A stretch of DNA of 64,000 nucleotides from Oceanispirochaeta sp. (GTDB lineage: Bacteria > Spirochaetota > Spirochaetia > DSM-2461). Shown here one piece after another: positions 48,283-57,737 of the stretch. The stretch lies in contig CAXXXD010000003.1 in NCBI GenBank assembly GCA_963663385.2, positions 352,001 to 416,000 on the forward strand. Reading direction: 5' to 3'. The position numbers and the translations under genes were made by a program. Numbering within the stretch: the first letter of the stretch is position 1; the number at the start of each line of letters is the position of its first letter. Under the pieces are notes generated by a model. The model made no database searches, was not told the DNA's origin, and saw nothing but the letters and a program-made list of their open reading frames with translations.

Positions 48283-49530
48283 ATGACGTTTCTTCCTTCT
48301 TTAGCCATAAAAAACCTTTTCCGCTATACCAGAAGGACCCTGATTACTTCCGCAGCAATTGCTTTCGGTATTATGATTTTTCTTCTGATGGACTCCCTTC
48401 TGGGCGGAATCAAGGAGGATTCTGAAAGGAATCTGATCTGGTACGAAACAGGATCGGCCGCCTTTTTCCACCCCGAATACTGGGAGGATCACTATCTGAT
48501 GCCGGTGGACCGACCGGTTGAGGATCCGGACAGTCTTATCCAGGAGATGGAGAGGGAGGGTATCCCTGCCGTACCCAGGATTGAATTTGCCGCGGATATG
48601 ATGGTTTATCAGGACCCCTTTCCCGAATACGGTAATATCCAGGTCAAATGCATCGGAATAGATCCGGAAAGGGACAAGCAGGTCTTCCGCCTGGACCAGA
48701 CGGTTGTGGACGGCCGTTATCTGAAGCCGGGAGAGGAAGGAGTTATGATCGGTCAGTGGATGGCAAAGGACCTTGGAGCACAGGTGGGGTATCCCCTGAC
48801 TCTGGTGACCAGAACCATGGACGGCTATTTTCAGACAATGGATCTGGAAATTGTGGGCATCCTGCTGAGCGATAATCCTATCGTTAACCGATACGGAGTT
48901 TATATTCCACTGGATACGGTCCGGTATGCCCTGGATATGAACGGGTATGCTACCGGCGTCTATGCCTCTCTCCCCAGGGGGAAAGCAGAGGCGGAAGGTA
49001 TTGCCCGGATGCAGCAGATCGCCGGACCTCTGGGGCTGGATGTGCTTGACTGGCGGATTATGGGAAAGGATTTTGTCGCCCTGGCGGAAGCCAAATCCCA
49101 GGGAAGCAGTACGATCCTCTTCCTTGTTTTTCTGATTGCTGCCGTGGGTATTTCCAATACCATACTGATGTCCATTATGGAGCGGGTGAGAGAACTGGGA
49201 ATGATGCGGGCCCTGGGAATGACAAACGGACAGATCCGCCGGATGTTTCTGATGGAGTCGGCGGGAATCGGATTTTTCGGTGCTCTGGGCGGTGTGATTG
49301 CAGGAGTTATGATCAATATTCCCCTGGTGAACAGAGGGATTGATTACTCCTCCATGATGGAATCGGGAGATATGGGATACCGGGTAGCCGGAATCGTCTA
49401 CGGAGCCTGGTATCCTCAGACCTTTGCTACCGCATTCCTGGTGGGGCTTCTGATAGCTCTTGTTGTAGCCTGGTTTCCCACCAGACGGGCATTGAAGCTG
49501 GATATCACAGCATGTCTGAGATTTATATGA
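48283..49530 (+). CDS. LolC/E (FtsX/MacB)-like permease A
   Basis: KNLFRYTRRTLIT; 1+3 TM topology; SIMERVRELGMMRALGM. Confidence 0.9.
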   Translation: MTFLPSLAIKNLFRYTRRTLITSAAIAFGIMIFLLMDSLLGGIKEDSERNLIWYETGSAAFFHPEYWEDHYLMPVDRPVEDPDSLIQEMEREGIPAVPRIEFAADMMVYQDPFPEYGNIQVKCIGIDPERDKQVFRLDQTVVDGRYLKPGEEGVMIGQWMAKDLGAQVGYPLTLVTRTMDGYFQTMDLEIVGILLSDNPIVNRYGVYIPLDTVRYALDMNGYATGVYASLPRGKAEAEGIARMQQIAGPLGLDVLDWRIMGKDFVALAEAKSQGSSTILFLVFLIAAVGISNTILMSIMERVRELGMMRALGMTNGQIRRMFLMESAGIGFFGALGGVIAGVMINIPLVNRGIDYSSMMESGDMGYRVAGIVYGAWYPQTFATAFLVGLLIALVVAWFPTRRALKLDITACLRFI

Positions 49531-49633
49531 ACCATGGTGCAGGGGAACTCAGGGGCCGATCAACCCCTTTCCCCTTCGGTCACCGGGACTTTCCTGTGAA
49601 ATGTTCCCGAAAACGTAATAAGAGAGGTATGCT

Positions 49634-50863
49634 ATGAAACTGAGCAACATAGCTTTCAGAAATATATTCAGAAACCGGAGAAGGAGCATCCTTTCCGGAA
49701 CGGCCATCGCCGTGGCCGCTATGAGTATCGTGCTCCTGTTTTCCTTCATTGCCGGTATGATTGACGATATGCAGTATAACTTCCATACCTATACGACCGG
49801 CGCTGTCAGGATAAGGCACAAAGATTTCTCCCGCTACGAGAGGCTGAATCCCATGCATCTGACAGTGGATGTCTCGGACGGGCTGATGGAGGATCTGAAA
49901 AAAGAGGAGGGGATCTCCCTTCTAAGTCCCAGGATAGGATTTCCCACCAGGATCTACCGGGATGGTGAAAACTACAACGCCTTCGGTACCGGTGTGGATT
50001 TTTCCACTGAGGTAGCTTACCAGAACCTGGGTCCCGAGCTGGTCCCGGAAGGCCGAATTCCTGAAACGGGTGCCAATGAGGTTCTTATCGGTTACAAGCT
50101 GGCTGAGGAAGTGGGGGTCGGACTGGGCGACAAGATCACAATCCTCTCCTCCACGGCCGCCAGAGGAACCAACGCCATAACTTTTACTGTTGTGGGACTT
50201 CTGGCCTATCCCATGGAAGGCTTGAATAACACCACGATTCTGGCTCCTCTGGACCGGGTCCAGTATTTTCTGAGGATGCCCGGTCAGGTACAGGAAATTA
50301 TAATGAAAGTGGGAGAGGACGTGGATTCCACAGTTCTGGCCGAAAGACTCAGGGAAAAATATGCAGACAAATACGGTGTGGAAATAAAAGGCTGGATGGA
50401 GCTTGAGACCAGTTATTCCTTCATTGAAATGGCTCAGACCATTTACGATATTGTGGCGTTATTCTTCTTTATCCTTGGAAGTTCGGTCATCCTGAATACC
50501 ACCATAATGGTGATTTTCGAAAGGATGAGAGAGATCGGAACCATGAGCGCCATGGGTATGTCGGGAAAAGATCTGGTCCGGCTCTTTTTCATAGAGGCTT
50601 TTATCATCAGTGTGGCGGGTTCCTTTGTGGGGGTCCTCCTAGGAATGGGATTTACCCAGATCCTTTCGCAGGTGGGACTCAATTTCGGTGAGGCCATGGA
50701 GGGGGTGGATTTTGAGATATCCACGATCCTCTATCCCAAACTTAATCTGAAATCCACCGTGGTGGTTTTCTTCTATTCCGTGGCAGTAGCTTCCATAACC
50801 GCCATCTTACCGGCCCGGCGGGCCAGCCGGATAGATCCGGTGGCTGCATTGAGGGCAGTTTAA
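49634..50863 (+). CDS. LolC/E (FtsX/MacB)-like permease B
   Basis: FRNIFRNRRRS; ERMREIGTMSAMG; PARRASRIDPVAALR. Confidence 0.92.
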   Translation: MKLSNIAFRNIFRNRRRSILSGTAIAVAAMSIVLLFSFIAGMIDDMQYNFHTYTTGAVRIRHKDFSRYERLNPMHLTVDVSDGLMEDLKKEEGISLLSPRIGFPTRIYRDGENYNAFGTGVDFSTEVAYQNLGPELVPEGRIPETGANEVLIGYKLAEEVGVGLGDKITILSSTAARGTNAITFTVVGLLAYPMEGLNNTTILAPLDRVQYFLRMPGQVQEIIMKVGEDVDSTVLAERLREKYADKYGVEIKGWMELETSYSFIEMAQTIYDIVALFFFILGSSVILNTTIMVIFERMREIGTMSAMGMSGKDLVRLFFIEAFIISVAGSFVGVLLGMGFTQILSQVGLNFGEAMEGVDFEISTILYPKLNLKSTVVVFFYSVAVASITAILPARRASRIDPVAALRAV

Positions 50864-50888
50864 AACTTTGAACTCAAGGGAGTAAAAA

Positions 50889-51629
50889 ATGAGAATACTG
50901 ATAAGGATCTTTACACTTTTCTGGCTTCTGAGCGGATTATCCATGCTTTTCGGAATCACTGCGGAGGAAATTGTCAGGGAAATGGACCGGCAGCAGAGCT
51001 TTTCCACCATGAAAGCCAGCGGTTCCATGATAACCAATGACCGCTTCGGGACCAAGGTCAGCGATTTTATCAGCTGGTCCCGTGGAAACGACGAGTTTCT
51101 GATCGAGTTTACCAGTGCGGCCGAACAGGGGCAGAAGATTCTCCGTACCGCCAGGGAACTCTATCTTTACTACCCCGACGCGGAAGAGATTATCCGCCTT
51201 CAGGGAGCGGCCCTGCGTCAGTCCATGCTCGGGTCGGATATATCCTATGAAGATATGACTGAAGGGAACGATACCTTGAGCAAATACGAGGTGGAGCTGA
51301 CGGGAGAGGAGACGGCAGGAGGGGAAAACTGCTATGTTCTCGAGATGACAGCCAAATCCCGTGATGTGGCCTATCCGAAACAGATTGTATGGGTGGTTAA
51401 GGATACCCTTGTCCCCCGGCAGGTGCAGTACTTTTCCAAATCCGGGAAGCTTCTGAAGGAGATGCAGGTCGATGCCATCGAGAGGATCGGCGGTAAATTC
51501 GTGATAACCCGGATGACCCTGGAGGACAAGCTGAAAAAGAACTCCAGTACAGAACTGATAATGGAAAATCTGGAAACAGATATAAACCTGGACCGGAACT
51601 TTTTCTCTCTGGATAACCTGTCCTGGTAG
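50889..51629 (+). CDS. LolA-like outer-membrane lipoprotein-sorting protein
   Basis: Signal peptide; TAEEIV; F..AAEQGQKIL; LYLYYP; MLGSDISYED; GKLLK. Confidence 0.85.
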   Translation: MRILIRIFTLFWLLSGLSMLFGITAEEIVREMDRQQSFSTMKASGSMITNDRFGTKVSDFISWSRGNDEFLIEFTSAAEQGQKILRTARELYLYYPDAEEIIRLQGAALRQSMLGSDISYEDMTEGNDTLSKYEVELTGEETAGGENCYVLEMTAKSRDVAYPKQIVWVVKDTLVPRQVQYFSKSGKLLKEMQVDAIERIGGKFVITRMTLEDKLKKNSSTELIMENLETDINLDRNFFSLDNLSW

Positions 51630-51697
51630 GCCTTTCCCCAACCTTCCGCCTCCCTGAAGGAGGGGCCGGGCAGGACTACAGTACCGAGGAGCTGCAG

Positions 51698-52948
51698 ATG
51701 AAGTTTTTATTCCTGTTATCCCTGAAAAACCTTTTTCGCTACAGAAAAAGAACCATAATCACCAGCGCCGCCCTGGCTGCGGGAGTGATGATCTATATTC
51801 TGATGGACTCTATGATAGCGGGAAGCATGGATATGTCGGAGGATAATCTTCTGAAATATGAAATGGGTCACGGCAGCATCACCACAGAGCAGACCTGGGA
51901 AGACAGGGACTACTTTCCTCTGGACTCTCCCATTCCCGACGGAGTCGCCTTTTCGGACAACCTGAACGGCCGGAACGGTATTGCCGCGGCACCGAGGGTG
52001 AAATTCCTGGGAGATATGATCCTCTACAGGGATCCCTTCCCGGAAGACGGCAGTATGCAGGTGGTTGTAACGGCTATAGATCCGGACCGTGACAGCCGGG
52101 TATTCGACCTGGAAGGCTCCCTTAAAAAAGGCGCCTGGCTGGAACCGGGCAGAGAGCAGGCGGTGATCGGGAGCTGGATGGCATCGGAAATCGGTGCTGA
52201 TATCGGGTATTACATTACCCTGGTCTGCCGGACCAGGGACGGCTACTATCAGACCATGGATCTGGAAATCGTCGGTATCATCGATACGCCCAATCCTTCG
52301 GTCAACCGGCTCAGCCTTCTGGTCCCTCTGGATACCGCCGACTATTCTCTGGATATGGCCGGAGGAGTCGGTGAAGTTGTCGTGAAACTGCCGGGAGACC
52401 GGACCGTGGATTCCCGGGAAAAAGCCGCAGTTCAGTCCCTTGTTCCGGACGGTATGGTCTATCATACCTGGAAAGAACAGGCGCTGGTTTATATTGCCGC
52501 ATCCAATGGCGACCGGTACAGCACAGTGGTCATCCTGTTTCTGGTTTTCATTATAGCCGCTGTAGGGGTTTCCAATACGATGCTTATGTCCGCTATGGAA
52601 CGGACAAGGGAGATGGGGATGATGCGGGCCATGGGGATGCGCGATAAGGATCTGAAAAGGATGTTTCTCATGGAAGCGGGGGGGATCGGACTTCTCGGAT
52701 CACTTATGGGGATTATTCTGGGAGCTCTGGGGAATATCCCTATGGTTCTCAAAGGCATTCCTCTTCCGGCTTCCACTGACCAGTACGATATGGGATACCG
52801 CATTTCCGGAGCGATGTGGGGGGTCTGGAAGCCGGATACCATGATTTTTTCCCTGCTGACAGGTATGGCCGTTACTGTTATTGTTTCCAGGCTTTCGGTA
52901 CGGAAAATCCTGAAATTTTCCATAGTAGAAGATCTGAGGCATTACTGA
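51698..52948 (+). CDS. LolC/E-like permease C (paralog of 48283..49530)
   Basis: KNLFRYRKRTIIT; DPFPE; DGYYQTMDLEIVGI; ERTREMGMMRAMGM. Confidence 0.9.
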   Translation: MKFLFLLSLKNLFRYRKRTIITSAALAAGVMIYILMDSMIAGSMDMSEDNLLKYEMGHGSITTEQTWEDRDYFPLDSPIPDGVAFSDNLNGRNGIAAAPRVKFLGDMILYRDPFPEDGSMQVVVTAIDPDRDSRVFDLEGSLKKGAWLEPGREQAVIGSWMASEIGADIGYYITLVCRTRDGYYQTMDLEIVGIIDTPNPSVNRLSLLVPLDTADYSLDMAGGVGEVVVKLPGDRTVDSREKAAVQSLVPDGMVYHTWKEQALVYIAASNGDRYSTVVILFLVFIIAAVGVSNTMLMSAMERTREMGMMRAMGMRDKDLKRMFLMEAGGIGLLGSLMGIILGALGNIPMVLKGIPLPASTDQYDMGYRISGAMWGVWKPDTMIFSLLTGMAVTVIVSRLSVRKILKFSIVEDLRHY

Positions 52949-52971
52949 GCCGCCCAATAAAGGAGCTGTAC

Positions 52972-54147
52972 GTGAAAAAATATCTGATTACCCTGTATCT
53001 GTTTCTATTTCTGTGTGCTCTGGGGGCCGAACCGAGCCTGAATCTGAGTCTTGAGCTGAATGACGCTCTCTACAGGGGCGAGGATGACTGGTATTTTGCC
53101 GGTACGGGTCAGGCTTCCCTGAATCTGAAATCCCCCCGGGATCCCAATGTTCAGGGGGCCCTGGTTATGGATTTCGTTCCCATAGATCTGTCCGGCGGTA
53201 CATCGGGGACATCCGGTGTGTCCTACTCCTATGTGAATGTTAAAAAGGCCTATGTGAAAGTCCGGTTTCCCGGACTTCGAATGACTCTGGGGAAGACCAG
53301 ACTGGCCTGGGGGGACGGAATTGTATTCAATTCGGGAGATATACTGTTCGGAAGTCTCAATCCCATTCTGGATCTGACCCGGCAGGAGCTTCGGTCCGAT
53401 ACTGCCTGGCTTACATCCCTCAACGTACCCCTGGGGCCGTTCGCCTTTGTGGAAGGGGTGGTTCTACCCCCGGGATATGATATGAGTGATTCTTCCGCTC
53501 CGGTTATTGGTGATCTGAGCAGGGCTTCGGCGGGGGGCCGGGTATATTTTACCGTCTTCAATACCAAAGTGGAGATGGGATACCTCTACAAGGGCGAAGA
53601 GAAGGTTGCCATAGATGTCATAGGTCACAGGCCCTACCTTAGCCTGCAGGGTAATATCGGTCCCGACTGGTACATGTCTACTTCCGCCGCATTTCTTACG
53701 GAAGAGCAGAGAAGTGAAGGATCCGATGCGGACTGGGAGGACAGCTGGAATATCACTTTCGGCCTGTTTCATCTGGCAGAAGTGAATAGAAACAATACCC
53801 TTACCTTCAGACTGGAAACCCTCTGGTTCCCCTATCAGAACTGGGAAAGTAAAGTTGACCGGGAGACTGTTTATGGAGTCTATCTCTATCCGGAGCTGAC
53901 CTGGCAGAGGGGGGCAAGTGTTACTTTTTCCCTGCAGTCGGTAGTTTCACCCCTGGACGGTTCGGCCATGATAACCGGCGGAGCGGGATGGAATATCTAT
54001 CAGGGTTTCACCCTTCAGGCCTACCTGAGCTGTTTTACAGGAGAGGAGACGGATACCTTCGCCTGGGACCGGGGGGATGCCTGGGTGGAAGGGCAGGATA
54101 TGGTAAACGGTGTTTCCCTGATGACGGGAGTGCGGTATGTGTATTGA
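52972..54147 (+). CDS. Putative outer-membrane beta-barrel protein
   Basis: GTG after AGGAG; signal peptide; KAYVKV...TLGKTRLAWG; alternating amphipathic strands; C-terminal GVRYVY. Confidence 0.7.
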   Translation: MKKYLITLYLFLFLCALGAEPSLNLSLELNDALYRGEDDWYFAGTGQASLNLKSPRDPNVQGALVMDFVPIDLSGGTSGTSGVSYSYVNVKKAYVKVRFPGLRMTLGKTRLAWGDGIVFNSGDILFGSLNPILDLTRQELRSDTAWLTSLNVPLGPFAFVEGVVLPPGYDMSDSSAPVIGDLSRASAGGRVYFTVFNTKVEMGYLYKGEEKVAIDVIGHRPYLSLQGNIGPDWYMSTSAAFLTEEQRSEGSDADWEDSWNITFGLFHLAEVNRNNTLTFRLETLWFPYQNWESKVDRETVYGVYLYPELTWQRGASVTFSLQSVVSPLDGSAMITGGAGWNIYQGFTLQAYLSCFTGEETDTFAWDRGDAWVEGQDMVNGVSLMTGVRYVY

Positions 54148-54289
54148 AAAAATGAGTGTAAACGGTAAGCATCCGTCTGGATTTATAGATCCGAGTTTAT
54201 TATAGATAAAAGGATATTTCCTGACTTGGAAGAAAATCTTCCATTTTGCTATTGTATCCCGTCTTCTGATGTATAATTTTAATATAAGC

Positions 54290-54317
54290 AACAGGTAAAT
54301 AGGGCGATTTACCTGTT
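54290..54317. other. Perfect 11-bp inverted repeat (terminator or regulator site)
   Basis: AACAGGTAAAT-AGGGCG-ATTTACCTGTT. Confidence 0.55.
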
Positions 54318-54381
54318 AAAGATTGACCTGAATTTTGCCAAAGGAATATATTAGGTATTGCAGGTATCTCTGGAGGTTTGA

Positions 54382-55323
54382 ATGCAGCATTTCCTTATGG
54401 CTTTCTATATCCTTTTTTTTGCTACAGGATTTATGGGCAGTACAGCTATCTTTTTATTGAAGATGCGTATCAAAAGTACACTGCTGACACCGCTCTTTGT
54501 TTTCCAGCTACTCTTTATTCTTGGTACCGGTTTAATCATGATCATGTACTATTTTCAAAATTTCCCTTCAGGATTATTTGATCCGGCAGAACGGATCATG
54601 CTTTTTCTTGCATTAGCAACCAATACGGCAATCTGGGCGATTGTTCTTATTCTTATAAAGCGGGTTTCACCGTCAGGATCCCGTCTGAAAGGTTTTCCCG
54701 CACTGGCTTCGTCTTTTGTTATTTTTGTTATTATTAAAAGCATTGCCAATATGCTAATGGTTTTGATGGTGCAAAGCGGGGCGGCCGGAGTGGAAGCTCT
54801 GACAGGCTTACAGGTCTGGAATATAGGGGGGCATGTTTTGACAGCATTGGCAATGGTTTCATTTGGAATAATTGTCCGAGGACCCCTCAACTCGGGAGAA
54901 CCCTCTGCAATTCGCCCCCTGATGAAAGCCTACGGTCTTTGCGCTATCATTTTTGCCCCTGCGGGATTTATCGAATCAGCTTTACAATCTTCTGGAATCT
55001 CATGGCTCGCGATGCTGTCTCTGGATCATCTGTTTTATCTGACATGGAATATTATTTCCATGTCTGCAGCTATCAGGATGCTAAGGCCATCTCAAATAGG
55101 GCAACCGCTTCTTGAAACGGTTCCAGAAGAACGGATCAGAAACTTTAAACTCTCTGCCCGGGAAGTCGAAATGGCCGTTATGATAGGTCGGGGTCTTTCC
55201 AATAAGGAGATTGCATCACAGCTTTTCATTTCTCCTGCAACAGTGCGGACTCATATTTATAACCTTTATCAGAAAACGGGAGCGAGCAGCAGAATAGAAC
55301 TTCTCAATATGCTGAGAGATTAG
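54382..55323 (+). CDS. Membrane-anchored LuxR-family regulator (about 7 TM segments + HTH)
   Basis: Hydrophobic N-terminal 230 aa; LSAREVE...GLSNKEIASQLFISPATVRTHIYNLYQK. Confidence 0.9.
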   Translation: MQHFLMAFYILFFATGFMGSTAIFLLKMRIKSTLLTPLFVFQLLFILGTGLIMIMYYFQNFPSGLFDPAERIMLFLALATNTAIWAIVLILIKRVSPSGSRLKGFPALASSFVIFVIIKSIANMLMVLMVQSGAAGVEALTGLQVWNIGGHVLTALAMVSFGIIVRGPLNSGEPSAIRPLMKAYGLCAIIFAPAGFIESALQSSGISWLAMLSLDHLFYLTWNIISMSAAIRMLRPSQIGQPLLETVPEERIRNFKLSAREVEMAVMIGRGLSNKEIASQLFISPATVRTHIYNLYQKTGASSRIELLNMLRD

Positions 55324-55519
55324 CTCCGTTAACTTAATGATGTTCATCGAGTAACCGCTTTAGCAACTCTAAACTCCTGAAACGGGCATGTACCGCCCCC
55401 AGATGGACTCTACGATTAATGTATTAGTTTACTCTTATTGAAATTACGACACTTATCCGATGTGAATCCCTGCCATTGGGCTCTATCCTCTGTAGTGAAA
55501 AGTTGATACGGAGGAATAG

Positions 55520-56452
55520 ATGAATAGAAAAATCACTATCTGGAAAAGATTTTTTTTATTATGTTTTCTCAGCCTTACCGCCACATCGGCCATGGCTGAA
55601 GAAAAGAATATGTACATACCGCTGGGGGAGTATGAGTATGTAACCCTTGAATCCCGCACGGTTCAATCCCCCAGCCTGGGCGCTATGGTTATAGGCGAGG
55701 ATTTTTTAATTTCCGGAATTTATAAATATGGTTCTTTTATTGACGAGTCCCCTCAGGGGTATCCGGGGCATTACCATTCTATAGATACAATGTTTGAGAC
55801 TCATTGGGGAAAACATCAGGTTCTTTCCAGTTTCAAAACAGAATCGGATGAACCTTTTACAGGAGGATGGGCGACACTTCAGGCCACGGGTATATACAAC
55901 TATCAAGTCATGAAAGGCAAGAAGCTTAATGTCAGACTCGGTCTGGGAGCCTCTCTCGGAGATTTTGGTATTGATCTAGATAATGGGAAGAACTGGCCCC
56001 TCATCCCTGTGCCATATCTGGGTATGGAATACAGATCCCGAATCATTCAGGCTGATTTCAGTTTTGTCTTCGGTCCGAACTTGAGTCTTACTATCTTTCC
56101 CGAGAGAAAAATCCGTTTCACTGGTGAAGCGGAGATCAATAATTACAGGGATCTGCAGGATCTTATTTTTACGACATCCGTTCACTACAGATTCTTTTCC
56201 GGGGCAGATTCTTCTAATGATTTTGCCGGCGTAGCAGTTGGAATCACGAATACCGGTTTCGGCTTTACTCCCGGAGGGGGCGACGAACCTTACGAGATTC
56301 AGTATTACTCGGTTTTTTCAGAACTTGATTTGACTCTTCTCAAGATTTCCGGGGGATATTGCTTCAACGGACAGGAGCGATTGGGAAAGGCGTCGCCGGA
56401 AGATCTCGGAAATGGATATTTCATGAACATCCAGGCTATGTATCAATTCTAA
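55520..56452 (+). CDS. Putative outer-membrane beta-barrel / exported protein
   Basis: GGAGG RBS; signal peptide ending AMA; beta-strand-rich; C-terminal QAMYQF. Confidence 0.7.
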   Translation: MNRKITIWKRFFLLCFLSLTATSAMAEEKNMYIPLGEYEYVTLESRTVQSPSLGAMVIGEDFLISGIYKYGSFIDESPQGYPGHYHSIDTMFETHWGKHQVLSSFKTESDEPFTGGWATLQATGIYNYQVMKGKKLNVRLGLGASLGDFGIDLDNGKNWPLIPVPYLGMEYRSRIIQADFSFVFGPNLSLTIFPERKIRFTGEAEINNYRDLQDLIFTTSVHYRFFSGADSSNDFAGVAVGITNTGFGFTPGGGDEPYEIQYYSVFSELDLTLLKISGGYCFNGQERLGKASPEDLGNGYFMNIQAMYQF

Positions 56453-56462
56453 GGAAACCGGT

Positions 56463-57737
56463 ATGAAGGAAAAATCTTTTACACCCTTTCTTGTTGTATG
56501 GACCGGCCAGTTCTTTTCGGGGCTGGGAACAGGGATGACAGCTTTTGCACTCGGGGTTCATGTTTTCAAACTAACCGGCAGTGCCATGAATTTTGCCATG
56601 GTCATGGCCTCGCAGTTTATTCCTGCAATTCTTATTGGTCCCGTGGGAGGTGTATTGGCCGATCGGTTCGACCGGAGGCTTATGATCATTCTGGGGGATG
56701 CCGGTTCGGCCGCTGCAGTTGTCTTTCTTTTGTTCTGTACTGTTTACGGCCGACTATCCATTTGGATCATATACATGGGAGTAGCTCTAGGCTCTGCGTT
56801 CACAGCCCTCCAGGGGCCTGCCTACAAGGCTTCTCTATCGGATATGCTTACGGAGTCCCAGCTTGCAAAGGGCAGCGGTTTAATGCAATTGTCCTCTTCT
56901 GTCAAGCATCTTGTAGTACCGGTAAGCGCAGGATTTCTGCTAGCTTATTCAGGAATTGAATGGGTACTGCTGCTGGATATCGTAACTTTTGCATTTGCCG
57001 TTGCGGCAGTCATGTTTATGCCCGCCAGAGAGAAGATAAGCCATAGCTGTAAAGAATCTCGAATCCTGACTGAATTGAAAGAGGGGTGGCAAAGCCTTTC
57101 GGGAAAACCGGGCGTAATGCATCTGGTCATAAAACTTGCTATCGTCACCTTTTTTGTAGGCTGTATTCAGACCCTTTTTACTCCAATGATGCTGACCATA
57201 ACGGATGTGGAAACCCTGGGGATGGTTCAGTCTGTGAGTGCTTTGGGAATGCTTGCAGGAAGCCTGATAATCAGCGTCATAGGTCTAGGAGAGGACTATC
57301 TGGTCCCATTGCGCCTGGGACTTGCCCTGGGGGGAGTTTTTCTGGCTGTTATGGGGATGAGCACAAATATCCTTCTGATTACAATATTCTTCTCTTTATT
57401 TTTCTTCTGCCTGCCCATGATCAATTCCAGTGCGGAGGTTTTAATCCGAACTGGAATCCCGAACCATGAGCAGGGGCGTGTATGGGGGCTGACAGGACTG
57501 CTTACCCAGACTGGCTATGTTGCCGCCTACCTTAGTGCCGGGTTTCTTTCGGATCAGGTATTCAGTCCCCTCCTTTTCGACCAGGGAGTGCTTGCATCCA
57601 GTCTCGGTCACATTGTCGGGACTGGACCCGGGCGAGGACCCGTTTTGGTATTTATGATATGCGGTCTGGGTCTTATTCTCACAGCTTTTACAGGAGTAAA
57701 ACAATGTTGTCTTTTAAAATTATCAGAAAGGAATTGA
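56463..57737 (+). CDS. MFS transporter (MefA/macrolide-efflux-like)
   Basis: WTGQFFS; motif A GVLADRFDRR; about 12 TM segments; GTGPGRG. Confidence 0.92.
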   Translation: MKEKSFTPFLVVWTGQFFSGLGTGMTAFALGVHVFKLTGSAMNFAMVMASQFIPAILIGPVGGVLADRFDRRLMIILGDAGSAAAVVFLLFCTVYGRLSIWIIYMGVALGSAFTALQGPAYKASLSDMLTESQLAKGSGLMQLSSSVKHLVVPVSAGFLLAYSGIEWVLLLDIVTFAFAVAAVMFMPAREKISHSCKESRILTELKEGWQSLSGKPGVMHLVIKLAIVTFFVGCIQTLFTPMMLTITDVETLGMVQSVSALGMLAGSLIISVIGLGEDYLVPLRLGLALGGVFLAVMGMSTNILLITIFFSLFFFCLPMINSSAEVLIRTGIPNHEQGRVWGLTGLLTQTGYVAAYLSAGFLSDQVFSPLLFDQGVLASSLGHIVGTGPGRGPVLVFMICGLGLILTAFTGVKQCCLLKLSERN

